A stretch of 64,000 nt of DNA from Eledone cirrhosa (Eukaryota): positions 42,532,001-42,596,000 of the forward strand of contig OZ024740.1 of assembly GCA_964016885.1 (NCBI GenBank), in the 5' to 3' direction. Under the pieces are notes generated by a model. That model was not told the origin of the DNA. It ran no database searches and worked only from the letters and a program-made list of their open reading frames with translations. Below, one piece after another: positions 1 to 11,889 of this stretch; within the stretch, counting starts at the first letter, position 1, and each line of letters begins with the position of its first letter. A program made the position numbers and the translations under genes.

Positions 1-417
1 TTATTTCTGAGGTCAGCATAAGACCTATTTCTTCCCTGAAATAATCCTTCATTCATAATATTCTTTTCCATCCAAAACTGAAATCTACCTTCCTCTACCC
101 ATAATTTAAGGTTCTTCTACTACTATATTACTATCTTGACCCTCACTATCTCTCTATTGGTCAATTCAAAACCTGTTGCCAAACAGACCTATTGTATTGA
201 ATCTTTGTTTTTTTCAATAAACAAATATCATTATTTCTGAAGACAGCATATATATGTGTAGGTATGTATATTCCCTCTGAGGTTTGTATAAATATTGTAC
301 ATAGATCTATAGAATATGCATACCAACTCTAACACATATATATCTTAGTAACGATCGTAAAATGATGAATTTTTTTAATATAAGGAACTGTTTCTTTGTT
401 TATTCATTATTTTATTA

Positions 418-483
<66 letters not shown>

Positions 484-488
<5 letters not shown>

Positions 489-602
489 AACCAGTAAGAC
501 CCCGACAGCTGAGCTCAAGCCGTTTCGACGGCTAATTCTGGAGTCCAGAATTAGCCGTCGAAACGGCTTTAGCTCAGCTGTCGGGGTCTTACTGGTTCCT
601 AT
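484..602. repeat. Near-perfect palindrome (59-bp arms, 1-nt loop, 1 mismatch) made from the 3' half of a hammerhead-bearing pseudo-LTR
   Basis: ATAGGAACC...TTCTGGA-G-TCCAGAA...GGTTCCTAT centred on 543. The arm resembles 31961-32016, 8763-8814 and 17628-17680. Confidence 0.9.
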
Positions 603-678
603 TACCCACTCTACTACCTCAAGTATTGAGTACTTTGGTGCGTTATGGTCCACCTGGTTCCTTACCACATTTCCTTCG

Positions 679-732
<54 letters not shown>

Positions 733-737
<5 letters not shown>

Positions 738-824
738 TCACACTCGTTCAGCGCGTCGGTAGGAGTTCTCCTACATGGATATAAAGTAGTGGCCGTACTC
801 GAAAACGAGTTGGCAGCCATCATA

Positions 825-902
<78 letters not shown>

Positions 903-1313
903 TATGATGGCTGCCAACTCGTTTTCGAGTACGGCCACTACTTTATATCCATGTAGGAGAACTCCTACCGACGCGCTGAACGAGTGTGACTTTTTAGTCC
1001 AGCCAGCGACTTGAATACTCTGGTACAAACACTACACTTGTGACAATTATTGACACATAGTGCTGGGCCCATGGTACCATGTGACGACAAGTGCAGAGAG
1101 ATCTCCAGATATAAAGCAATGCCCGTGCCGTGAAGCTTTTATAGTGACCAAAGGCACTGCACAAAGCCAGTCCCACTCTCTTAACCAAGATGATATTTAC
1201 CAAAAAGAAAAACATGTCAACATCATTGGATACCATCAGAGTTGCAGGTGTTATATCAGAGTTTTCCTTCTCCTAGAATTCTGCCTTGACAAAGGTTAAG
1301 GGGTCATCTCTCC

Positions 1314-1316
<3 letters not shown>
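733..1316 (-). mobile_element. Truncated copy of a ~600-bp non-coding repeat (see 22317-22920) with its end duplicated in inverted orientation across a (TA)n array
   Basis: 904-1316 is the reverse complement of about 22508-22918. 733-825 is an inverted copy of 901-994. Confidence 0.8.
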
Positions 1317-1360
<44 letters not shown>

Positions 1361-1361
<1 letters not shown>

Positions 1362-3450
1362 CGACGCCCTGTTTACCGTTAGGAACCATAGCCCCCGTAG
1401 GGTAGAGAACCTTAAAAAACATATACACAGGTTCTTCAAGTCATACGGCCTATCCGTAACTATGGACCTCAATCACAAGGTTGTCAACTTCCTGGACGTG
1501 ACTCTGGAGTTGAGTACTGGCTTATACAAGCCGTACCATAAGCCTGGAGAGTGCCTCTCTTATATTAATTATGCCTCTCACCACTCTAAGCAGACTCTCA
1601 ACTCCATAGTCTATAGTATCTCACATAGAATCTCGAGACTATCCGCCAATGAGGCTATCTTCAACCAAGCGGCAGATTACTACAATAGGGCCTTGATAAG
1701 CGCCGGCTTTAACCGAGAAAATTCCTACATCCCTAACGATAGCTCTAGTAAGCCATACCTATAACCGATCACGCTGCAACCTCGTTGAAGTCGGGTATAA
1801 TAGAATAGATAACCGCACTAAATATCACGACCCCGGCGACGATGACTACTGTAGATTACTCGAACTATTCCCCTATTACAAAACCAACAAAGGCGACGGC
1901 CTACTACCAACGCCTTCCAACCAACATCTTCCTGTACATAAACATGGAAGAGGTAGGAAGAGTGCACCCGAGCATAAAGTGAAAGTGGTACCGAACGCGA
2001 GACTGCGCACTAACACACATAAGAGCGGTCACCTAGATGGAACTACCCGTAGCAAACGTACAAGGATACGTAATCGCCACCGTAACGTCCTATGGTCACC
2101 CCCCTACTCTCGGAGTGTGGCCTCCAACATACTCCGGATGTTCTTCGAAGCCTTAGAGAAGAACTTCCCGCCCAACCATAGGTATAGAAAAATTCTTAAT
2201 AAGAACAATATAATAATATCCTTCTCTACTACTCCTAACCTAGCAGACATCATAGGAACAACGAACCACAGTAAGATCACCAGCATCTCGACTCAGACGC
2301 ACCTACACCTGACAATAACTATATCGGCCTTAACAACTCCCTGGCAGCATCGAATAGTGTTGGGAACGGCATCCACAGACGCAACCAGCATAACCGCGAA
2401 ATGACTGGGGAACATGCAGAACATGACGTGCGGAATAACAATCGCACCACCCCGCGTGCTGTGGGTTGTAATGGTGCTAACGACAGCTGCGGTAGCGTGG
2501 GTAACAATGATAGCCTTACTGTGGGAAATAGACGGAACCGCGACAGAAATTGCAACTGCCGCGACAGAGGACGCTGCCCCCTTGACTGATAGGGTTATAT
2601 ATAGATGCACTATAACTAGCCACAATAGCGTTAAACATTATATAGGGGCTACCTCCGGCCCGTTCAAAATTAGGTTTCGAACACATCTCCACTCTTTCAC
2701 AAATAAAAAACTAAGACACTCCACTTCGCTCGCGGACTACATCACATCACTAAAGGACTTAAACATCGCCTTCTCCACGCACTGGAATATTGTCGGCAGG
2801 GCTGCACCGTACAATTCAAGAGGAAATGCGATCTTTGCCTCATGGAGCTCTACCACATCTTAACTGCACCCCACGAGCTCATCAACAGCAGAGCTGAAAC
2901 AGCGATAAGTTGTACACATCGCTTAAAAATATCCTTCTTCATATGGGTTAAGGAGGAGGAGTGAAACCGTGCACCGGATCTCTCTGCAACAAGTCTTAAC
3001 ACCCCGGCGGGCAGGCGCTGCAAAATAACACCCAGGAAACTATCCTTGCATACCAGACTCAGCCTCAAACGTCTCAGACAAACAGATGCAGCAAAAAAAA
3101 CAAAAAAAAACTCTCAAAATAAGCGTTGATTACATGCGTATCGACAATGGTAAGGTTGTAACCTCATCTTGTAGCGCATATAAAAAAATAAAAAAAAATT
3201 GTCCGGGAAAGACTGCCCTAACGCCGGCCAGAGTTACCTCCCATGACCTGCTCCAAAATCAAAACAAGCTATTTTTGCAAGAAATGAACCTTGACGTGGA
3301 TTTAAGCCCGAAAACTCTTTCCGAGCAATGTAAGGAACACTTTTGATTATTTATGCCCTTGAGAAGCCCAACTGGGCGAAACGTACGTAGAGGCTGATTT
3401 AAATAAACAGGTTTTAACGATCTATTCTCCGATTTCTTACTTTCCCACGT
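1361..3450 (+). mobile_element. Penelope-like retroelement, Naiad-type, 5'-truncated and degenerate (RT C-terminus, linker, GIY-YIG, 3' tail with hammerhead)
   Basis: DD...KVVNFLDVTLELSTGLYKPYHKP (RT palm/thumb); WSPPYS...ILNKNNIIISFSTTPNL; CNCRDRGRCPL; VIYRC...HYIGAT..F..R..H. Frameshifts present; bounded by (TA)n. Confidence 0.9.
3354..3395 (+). ncRNA. Type I hammerhead ribozyme, U3-A8 core variant
   Basis: gccc TTGAGAA GCCC aact GGGC GAAA cgtacg TA gaggc. Palindromic stem III; imperfect stem I. Confidence 0.65.
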
Positions 3451-3460
3451 ATATATATAC

Positions 3461-3501
<41 letters not shown>

Positions 3502-3719
3502 TCCACCTGGTCCCTTGCCATACCAGACATCTTTCATTATATATATATATATATATATACATATATACACACACACACACATAAGAAAACACATACATAT
3601 TATATATAAAAATAAAAAGGTGAAAGGGGTAAACAAATAGTTGGGAATACGACAAATAACAAATAAATAAATAATTAGAAAAGGGTATAAATGTTTATAG
3701 CTGATTTAGAGCACTCAAC

Positions 3720-6100
3720 AAACCTCATATCCAACCTCAAATTCTCCGGAAACACAACTCAGGAGTACCTCAGGCACCTTCGAAACCGGATTTCAGTACT
3801 TAAAGAGACAACTGGAATACTTGTCCATGCTGACAAAACCAACAACCTCTACAACATGAACGCTGAACTGTAAAATAAGCTAATTCTCAGGGAACTGAGG
3901 AAGTGCTACAAAAAAACACCTGGATTTACCCTGGATGAGATCAATGCCACAGCTTACAGGATTATATCTAGACTCGGCATAGAGGACAGGACTGCCCCAT
4001 ACCAACCAAGAGAGCCACGGATTGCCCTTAAAGATCACAAGCCAAACTTTGAGTCCGACCTCCCTGTCAGACTATAGCCCCCTCCAGATCTGACCTAGGG
4101 ATCGTCAGTAAAAGAATACTAGATAGGATTTTTCCCAAGCTTCGGAAGAAAACTAAATTACAGCAATGATCATGCACGGGAGAAGTAATAGAATGGTTTA
4201 AGATACTACATGGGAAAAGTAAGACCAGCTTTATACAACTGGACATCGCAAGCTACTACTCCTCAATCTCACCCATAGTACTCAATAAGGCCCTATTTTT
4301 AGCGATGTCCAATACGGACCTAACCCGAGCGGAGGTGAGCATCATCCACGCCGCAAGAAAGACCTCAATCCGTTTCGATGGAGACCTTTGGACCAGGATT
4401 GATTGGCCAAATAACTTTGACATCACGATGGGCTCCAGCGACTCAGCACAGGTAACGGACCTTGTTGGGCTCCACCTGCTGAAGCAGATAAAAGATGAAA
4501 TTCCCTGCCTGGGTGGCGGATTATATCGTGACGATATGTCACAGTATATGACCACAGCACCAACATGTTGGAGGGAATGAAGAGGCGTATTCGCCATTTC
4601 TATAAGAACCAGGGGCTCAGTATAGAATTAGACCCAAATAGGAAGGTAGTTAACTTCCTAGACACCACCCTAAACCTGAACACCGAACAATACTACCCCT
4701 ACCACAACCCCAACGAGAAACTCGTATATGTTAACGCCAAATCAAACCACCCAAGATCCATAACCAAGGCAGTGGTGAAGAGTGTCTCGGACAGGATCTC
4801 CAGTCTGTCCGCAAGTGAGGAAATATTCGATAACTACACGGAATATTACAACGCAGCTCTAAATAAGGCGGCAGATGGGCAAAATATAACATATAGTCCG
4901 AAACGCCGGGATGGGGATGGCCCAACGGACACCCACACCTGCGTTGCCCGGGGGGGGGGGAACCTTAACAATACAGGCAGAGCAGAAACAAATAGGCACC
5001 ATGTGCCCGACACCACCACACGGGCGTTGGTGACTAGTACGCTTAACCATGAGATGAAACCCAATATGAGTAGGAGCCTCAAGGGTGACGCTAACCACCC
5101 CAGGACTGACGACCCCAACCGCAGGACACGTGGGGGTGGGGGACCACCCCACGATAGATCTCCCAGCGCGGGCAACGACCACCCCACAGATTCAGGCCGT
5201 GAGGATAACAAAAAGCATAGCGCCCAAAGGGGAAGCAACAGTGCGGGAACCACCAGCAACCCAACAAATCTCCAACAAATCATTACGCTCCCGACCCACA
5301 CATATAGGAGGAGACACAGAAAAATTATGTGGTACAACCCACCCTACTCAGCGGCCCTAAAGAACAACTTGGCCCGATAATTCTTTGGAGCACTTGATAA
5401 ATGCTTCCCGAGGGACCATAGATACCACAGGATCTTCAACAGACACACTGTGAAGCTCTCGTATTCCACCACGAGAAATCTGGCCCAACACATAGCTAGC
5501 ATCAACAGAAGTAGGCTTAAAAACCGCACACAACCAGAAGATGGATATGCAAGCACTCAGCAGAACCATGTGAAAGGAGGGAAGGGGGGACCCAGAGCCC
5601 ACCCAAGAAACCCAAACAGAGCCGGGGACCCCCCACCGTGCCTGGGGGAAACCACCATGTAACACCTAACGGGAACCCCAATCTAGGCACGCAGAGGTCG
5701 ACCACCCTCTGCAACTGCAGAAACCCCGAATCATGCCCCCTTGGTAATGAATGCCTTAAGAAAAACCTAGTATAGGTTGTAGGGTTAAAACCACCAACTC
5801 CGAACACCTCTACATAGGAGCCACATCAACGAGCTTTAAAGACCGCTGGTACAACCATCGCCATTCATTCAATAAGGGGCCCAAAAGGAAAAGCACGGCT
5901 CTCTCCGACCTGATCTGGAAGCTTAAGCTGGACAGGACACCGTACTCTCTGGCCTGGTACATAATCAGGAAAGCACCACCCGATAAAGGGGGATCTTGCA
6001 TATGCAAACTTGCCTGAACGAGACCCTCGAGATACTAAGAGGTGGAAGCGGCCTGATAAAACTCAGAACCGACTTCTTCGGGACATACTGACAATTTAGA
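3720..6100 (+). mobile_element. Penelope-like retroelement, Naiad-type, near-complete RT plus GIY-YIG, pseudogenised
   Basis: HADKTNNLY, LKDHKPNF, QLDIASYY, FDITMGSSDSAQVTDLVGL, GGLYRDD, VVNFLDTTLNL, WYNPPYS, CNCRNPESCPLGNEC, YIGATSTSFKDRWYNH. Multiple stops and frameshifts. Confidence 0.93.
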
Positions 6101-7383
6101 TATATGGACAGTAGCAACACAAGAAGATGTGAACTCCCCTCATGGTATAGGGACTTCTCCAGAACATGTAGACACCTCTCTGCAAGACCTCCCTCAAGCT
6201 ATATGGGCAGTAACAACAGCCTAGGTTGAGAACTCCCCTCAAGCCATACGGAACAACCCAGGATAAGCAGACACCATGATAGCCTAGAGATTGAATCGGA
6301 CACAGCCATTATAATTTGGCCAACATCTATATAACACCAACACATTTTAACTTACTTGACTTCTGATTTTTAATTTTCAATTTTAAATCTTGATTTCTCT
6401 TTATTAATTTGTTATTTGTTTTCTGTTCTCTTCACTGTATCACCTTATATTTATTTTTAAGTTGAGATTGATTATAACACAAACACATTTTGTTTGATTA
6501 CCTTATTCTTTTATTATTTTAACATCTTGTTCCTCATACCAATCTATCCAACATATTTCTGACCTTGAGATTGGTTATAGCACACACACACTTTATCCTA
6601 CTTTATTTGAATCTTCATTTCATTTTTCACTTCTCCATATTCAGTTTCATTACTTTTTCACATATTTTTCATTTATTCTTTATTGTCTATTTATTATTTA
6701 TTTTCTGTTTTCTTCATTTATTGTCTTATATCTCTTCATATACATGGAAGAACCCCCCCCCCATCACCACCACCACCACGGGAGATGGTGGCAGCAGGGA
6801 TGAAAAAACACACATAGATACTTCTAAATTGTCAGCAGCAGCAAGACATAAGCTGACCACAACACCATCAACACTACCGAAATAAGGGTAGAGGTCTGAT
6901 GTAATTAACAATAGCAAACACAAACACTACAGGGAGCCTCACCCCAGAAAGAATTTCTATGGACTTCTGACTGAGGAATGCTCTCAAAACTGACCAATGG
7001 GAAGTTTGACATGTTTTTGTTATTTTGTTCCTTTACCACCTTGTTCTTTCTACAACTTTATCAATTTTTTAAGCTAACTCCAACAATAACAACACTACCA
7101 ACACAAGAATTGAGGTCAGATGTACCTAACAATAACAAGAACAACAACTACAGATTGGCTTGCCTCAGAACAAATTTCTGTAGACTTTTGAATGAGGAAT
7201 GTTCTAATAACTGACCAATGAGTGGAGAAGAGGGCCTTTGACACTGAAATTCGTTTGCTTGAATTCATATGATTCCAGTTCCACAGTGAAATAACAACCC
7301 AACCAGGAACTGGGCATATCAGAGTATTGACAAAATTATACACCTCAACAACATATGTACTTGTCTATACCACACTAATTCGG

Positions 7384-7438
7384 ACTGCCTGGAGAGGTCT
7401 CAGCCAAAGATGGCTGTCACCGAAATATATATAGCAGT
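7384..7438 (+). ncRNA. Type I hammerhead ribozyme (core CUGGAGA, A6G)
   Basis: ACTGC CTGGAGA ggt..cagcc aaagat ggctg..acc GAAA tatata TA GCAGT. Perfect 5-bp stem I; palindromic stem III. Confidence 0.75.
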
Positions 7439-8089
7439 AATAAACGAAGCTAAATTTTAAACATTTGACTTATTTATTTTACTTTATTTTACATTACTGC
7501 GGAGTAACCAAACCAACCTGCGCACCTAGTCGAGTGCTCCAGCCTGCATACTGAGGTGTTGGTATACAACCATCATATACTCAAAATCTATATATATGCA
7601 TATATATATATATACACACACACAAATACAACAGAAGCATATAAAATACAATTATATACACACATACATATACATACAGATATATATATATATCAACATA
7701 TATACACATACATATACATACATATATATATACATATATACACATATACGCAACAGACACACACACACACACACAGAAATGAATATCTAAAAATAAAAAC
7801 GGTGAGAATGTAAAGGGTAAGGTAGAAAGTAGGGGGGGGAAATAAGGAAAATTAATGACATAGGAAAAGGTTTAAATATAAGGGGAGATAAGGGAGAAAA
7901 AGAATATAAGAGTACAGAAAATGAGTTCAGAAGGTAAAACACTCCTAGTGGATGTAAGGCGTAGAGAGCAGAGAAGAAGTTCAAGGTGGTTGAGTTATTG
8001 TAGGAATGTCAATCCAGTTACAGATCAGATGTGATTTCAGGTGATGACAACATCTGAAGATCTCGGTCTTGGAGTTCAGGCAAGTTGAA

Positions 8090-8702
8090 GTGGCTTTCAA
8101 GTTTTGTAAAATCCTAAATTTTTCAGTGGTACACAAAGAACAATTCTTTGTGCCCCTTTGGTACTCCCTCGAATGGTCTAAAATAGATCAATCGATAGAG
8201 TACGGGATGTTTTTATCCTCGAATTCCCACACCTTATTTGCGAGAACCGTTGCTCTTCTTTAATCGGGGTATTTAAAAGAAGCGACATGTGCATAAAACC
8301 TGGTTTTAAACCTGTCCTGAGTCATGCCAACATATCGTGCATTCCTGGCTGGCTGGTTGCTAATGCAAGGTGTCACTTTGGCCTCATATACAACGGATTT
8401 GGTGTTACATTTGCCTTGTAATGGGCATTCATCCGGCTTCCTGCAACTGCATCCTGGATTTATTCTCGTACAATTAGAATTAGTGATTTTAGACTACATT
8501 GATGGGCAGCAAGAGTAACTGATTTTAACTACATTTCTATTAAATATCTTATAATATCTATGATTAGGAGGAAAATGTTTGTGTAAGAGGTCAAGGAATT
8601 TCCTTCCTACATTAGTTTTGACAGAGAGAAGGGGGTTGTAAACCAAATAATTTTCCTTTTCCTATTATTGTGGTTAGTGTTAGAGGAAGGAGTAGGTAAA
8701 TA
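8090..8702 (-). mobile_element. Naiad-type PLE fragment (linker plus GIY-YIG), same family as 15425-16010
   Basis: Reverse strand reads [54 protein letters not shown]...YVGMTQDRFKTRFYAH, CSLC. Confidence 0.9.
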
Positions 8703-8877
8703 TACAAATTTATATTTGTGTGTGTGTATTTTTATATAATTGTTTATGTGTGTATATATATAATAGCCTCAGAAACGGCTTGAGCTCTGCCGTTGGGGTC
8801 ATACTTTTTCCTATATGTATATATATATATATACGTATATGTATATGTATGTATATATATGTGTATTTGCATGGCTA

Positions 8878-8912
<35 letters not shown>

Positions 8913-9103
8913 GTATATGTATATATGTATGTGTATGTATATGTATAATTACATACAGTGATTTAATGCTTATTTTCATTGATCATTTGCTCCAAGAACT
9001 TATTGAGTACTCTAAATCAGCTATAAACATTTATACGCTTTTCTAATTATTTATTTATTTATTTATTATTTGTCAAATTCCCATGTGTGTGTATGTGTAT
9101 ATG

Positions 9104-9159
<56 letters not shown>

Positions 9160-9376
9160 AAGGTTAATATATATCTGAGGGTACAATGTACCCCCTGAAA
9201 TATATAGTGTGTCTATGATTTAAGGTGGTTCTATGGTAATAATTTGATATACGAGAACTTAATATCAAGATAAGCAGAACAAGTAAAATTCAACCAATTT
9301 TTCAAAATAAATCAAAATTAATATACAATTAAAATTAATCAAAATTAAAAAATATAATATAAATATTTACCTATTC

Positions 9377-9466
9377 AAATGGCCCTAACTGTACAGTTTC
9401 ACGTTGCAAAACATTAGATATCACGTGGATATTAATGGAAAAGCAAAGATCATCAGAGAAGCATTT
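9377..9466 (-). ncRNA. Type I hammerhead ribozyme
   Basis: Inverted copy of 9741-9830. Confidence 0.75.
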
Positions 9467-9740
9467 TCCTACCCTAGGGTCAAAAACCCCAGGAACGACA
9501 AAATATATGACCTCACTCCAACTAATACAGGTCTGAAAGGTCGTGAAAGTGACCCATAAATACGTTGGTTTATACTAAAAATCTTTTTTGGTAGCGATCA
9601 TAGACAGCTAGTCTACGATTTCCCCCCTTCACTATACACCAACGTATTTATGGGTCACTTTCACGACCTTTCAGACCTGTATTAGTTGGAGTGAGGTCAT
9701 ATATTTTGTCGTTCCTGGGGTTTTTAACCCTAGGATAGGA

Positions 9741-9830
9741 AAATGCTTCTCTGATGATCTTTGCTTTTCCATTAATATCCACGTGATATCTAATGTTTTG
9801 CAACGCGAAACTGTACAGTTAGGGCCATTT
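9741..9830 (+). ncRNA. Type I hammerhead ribozyme with long stem II
   Basis: AAATGCTTCT CTGATGA tctttgc...gcaacgc GAAA ctgtacag TT AGGGCCATTT. Palindromic stem III. Confidence 0.75.
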
Positions 9831-10098
9831 GAATAGGTAAATATTTATATTATATTTTTTAATTTTGATTAATTTTAATTGTATATTAATTTTGATTTAT
9901 TTTGAAAAATTGGTTGAATTTTACTTGTTCTGCTTATCTTGATATATATATATATATGTATATATATGTGTATGTATATACATATATATATATTTAAGAT
10001 ATACAAGGTTCAATGAATATTTTTAAGAATGAGATTTACACACATATATGTGTGAGTATGTATTTGTATGTATGTGTGTGTGTATATGTATGTATATG

Positions 10099-10157
<59 letters not shown>

Positions 10158-10642
10158 ATGTATATTTGTATGTGTATGTATGTGTATATGTATGTGTATG
10201 TGTGTGTGTGTGTATGTATTTATTTTTATGTGTGTATGTGCAATTGTGTGTATTGCTAACCACGTGTGTTTGTTCATTTATTTGTTGCCTGTAAAGCTGT
10301 CAACTTTATAATAATTTTTATATTTATTTTTATTCTTATGTGACGGTATTTTTATTATTATATTTTTTCTTATAATTATTTGTGTGTGTGCGTATGTAGG
10401 TGTGTATACATATATCTATATTTGTGTATGCGTATGTATGCGTGTATATATGTGTGTATGTATGTGTGTGTATGTACGTGTGTATATGTGTATGATTGTG
10501 TGTATGTATATATATATATACATGTGTGTGTGTGTGTTTGTGTATTTGCATGTATGTGTATGTATAGATATGTTGATATATATGTGTGTATATATGTATA
10601 TGTATATGTATGTGTATTTGTACGTGTATGGATATGTGTATG

Positions 10643-10721
<79 letters not shown>

Positions 10722-10888
10722 ATATGTATGTATATATATATATATGTGTATGTATATCTGTGCGTGTATGTAATTGTGTGTGTGCATGTGTGTTTATTTT
10801 TCCTTTTCTTATTCCTTTTCCAGCCTCACTTTCATATAGATTATAATTTTGTTTTTAAAATCCAATGTCAATAAATACACCAGGATTT

Positions 10889-10949
10889 TTTCATTCTGAT
10901 GATTGAAAGCAAAATTTGTTTGCTTTCAAGAAACCACTGGAAAATGAAA
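10889..10949 (+). ncRNA. Hammerhead ribozyme, cleavage site mutated (GUA to GAA)
   Basis: TTTCATT CTGATGA ttgaaagcaaa...tttgctttcaa GAAA ccactgg AA AATGAAA. Confidence 0.75.
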
Positions 10950-11042
10950 TAAGTGCCTTATGTTGTTTATTACATAACTATTAAGCTCTTTAACCTACAT
11001 AGAGCACTCTTTTTTCCTGGACCTCTCCGACGGAATTACTTC

Positions 11043-11100
<58 letters not shown>

Positions 11101-11889
11101 TTATTGTGGCTAATTAACGAATCTTGTTAATATGGAGTTTCACCTGTATACTCACAGAAGTATCAAATAAGACTGAATGAACAGTGACAGAATGACATTA
11201 TAAATAGGAAAAATCCACGAAAGGAAGTAGAGGAGGTCGGCTAGTTCTTTTGGATTGGATAAGAGGCATATGTGGGTAGTGTGGCTCTTAGGGGAGATGT
11301 GGACAGAAATAGGGATAATATGAATGTGGAGGAAGTGAATAGTCAAATGATAATATAAAGATGTATTCTAATGTATAAATAACTAGACCTTTTGAGTTAC
11401 AAGCTTTCACTGTGAAATGAATGTGATGTAAATACTTTTCACTATTCCTCTGTACACTAAATAACACAATATATTATTGTCTCTTCATTAAAAGATAACT
11501 ACTGTATGATTCTGCCTATAGAGGAATCGTATTACAACAAGGTTATATACGCCATGCAGGTTGTAGAATATAGCTGAAATGTTCGACAAATTTGCATGAC
11601 GTGAATATGTTTGCCAACGTGATTAATCAAGAAATAAATGTTTTAAGATATAGCTTTTATTACAGGATTTGAGGCACATCTAATGGACATATAACTACAG
11701 ATTTGGAATTGAAATAATCACGAGATTTGCTTCTATGTTTCTGCATGTTCCTTGTTCTCTGTCTGTATCTCTCTTGCTCTCTTGTTCTCTCAATGTATAT
11801 ATGTACATATATATATATAGTAATAATAATAAATATGAAGTCTAAAGATCGCAAAGGCTATAAGGATCAAATATATATCAAAGATAGTA

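Larger units (their letters stand above)
9263..9945. repeat. Long inverted repeat (~305-bp arms, ~65-bp spacer) with one hammerhead per arm
   Basis: 9263-9569 is the near-identical reverse complement of 9637-9945; lies between (TA)n tracts. Confidence 0.92.
8705..11045 (+). mobile_element. Microsatellite-rich pseudo-LTR/3' tail repeat, copy 1, interrupted by an inserted inverted-repeat element
   Basis: 8705-9085 and 9990-11045 are colinear with 17560-19035. Unique spacers between TA/TG tracts are shared; ends with a hammerhead. Confidence 0.75.

Noticed and set aside
1-260. TTATTTCTGAGGTCAGCATA / TTATTTCTGAAGACAGCATA direct repeat as hammerhead halves
   Set aside because: No matching GAAA-stem III-NUH could be assembled; the window edge hides context.
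2550-2600. TGA right after CNCRDRGRCPLD as a possible selenocysteine (some Naiads encode selenoproteins)
   Set aside because: It arises from a small frameshifting deletion, with LTDRVIYRC continuing in another frame. The other Naiad linkers here use TGC/TGT for all cysteines.
11395-11457. Minus-strand CAGAGGA...GAAAGCTT hammerhead-like motif
   Set aside because: Stem II pairs, but stem I register is broken; too degenerate to call.
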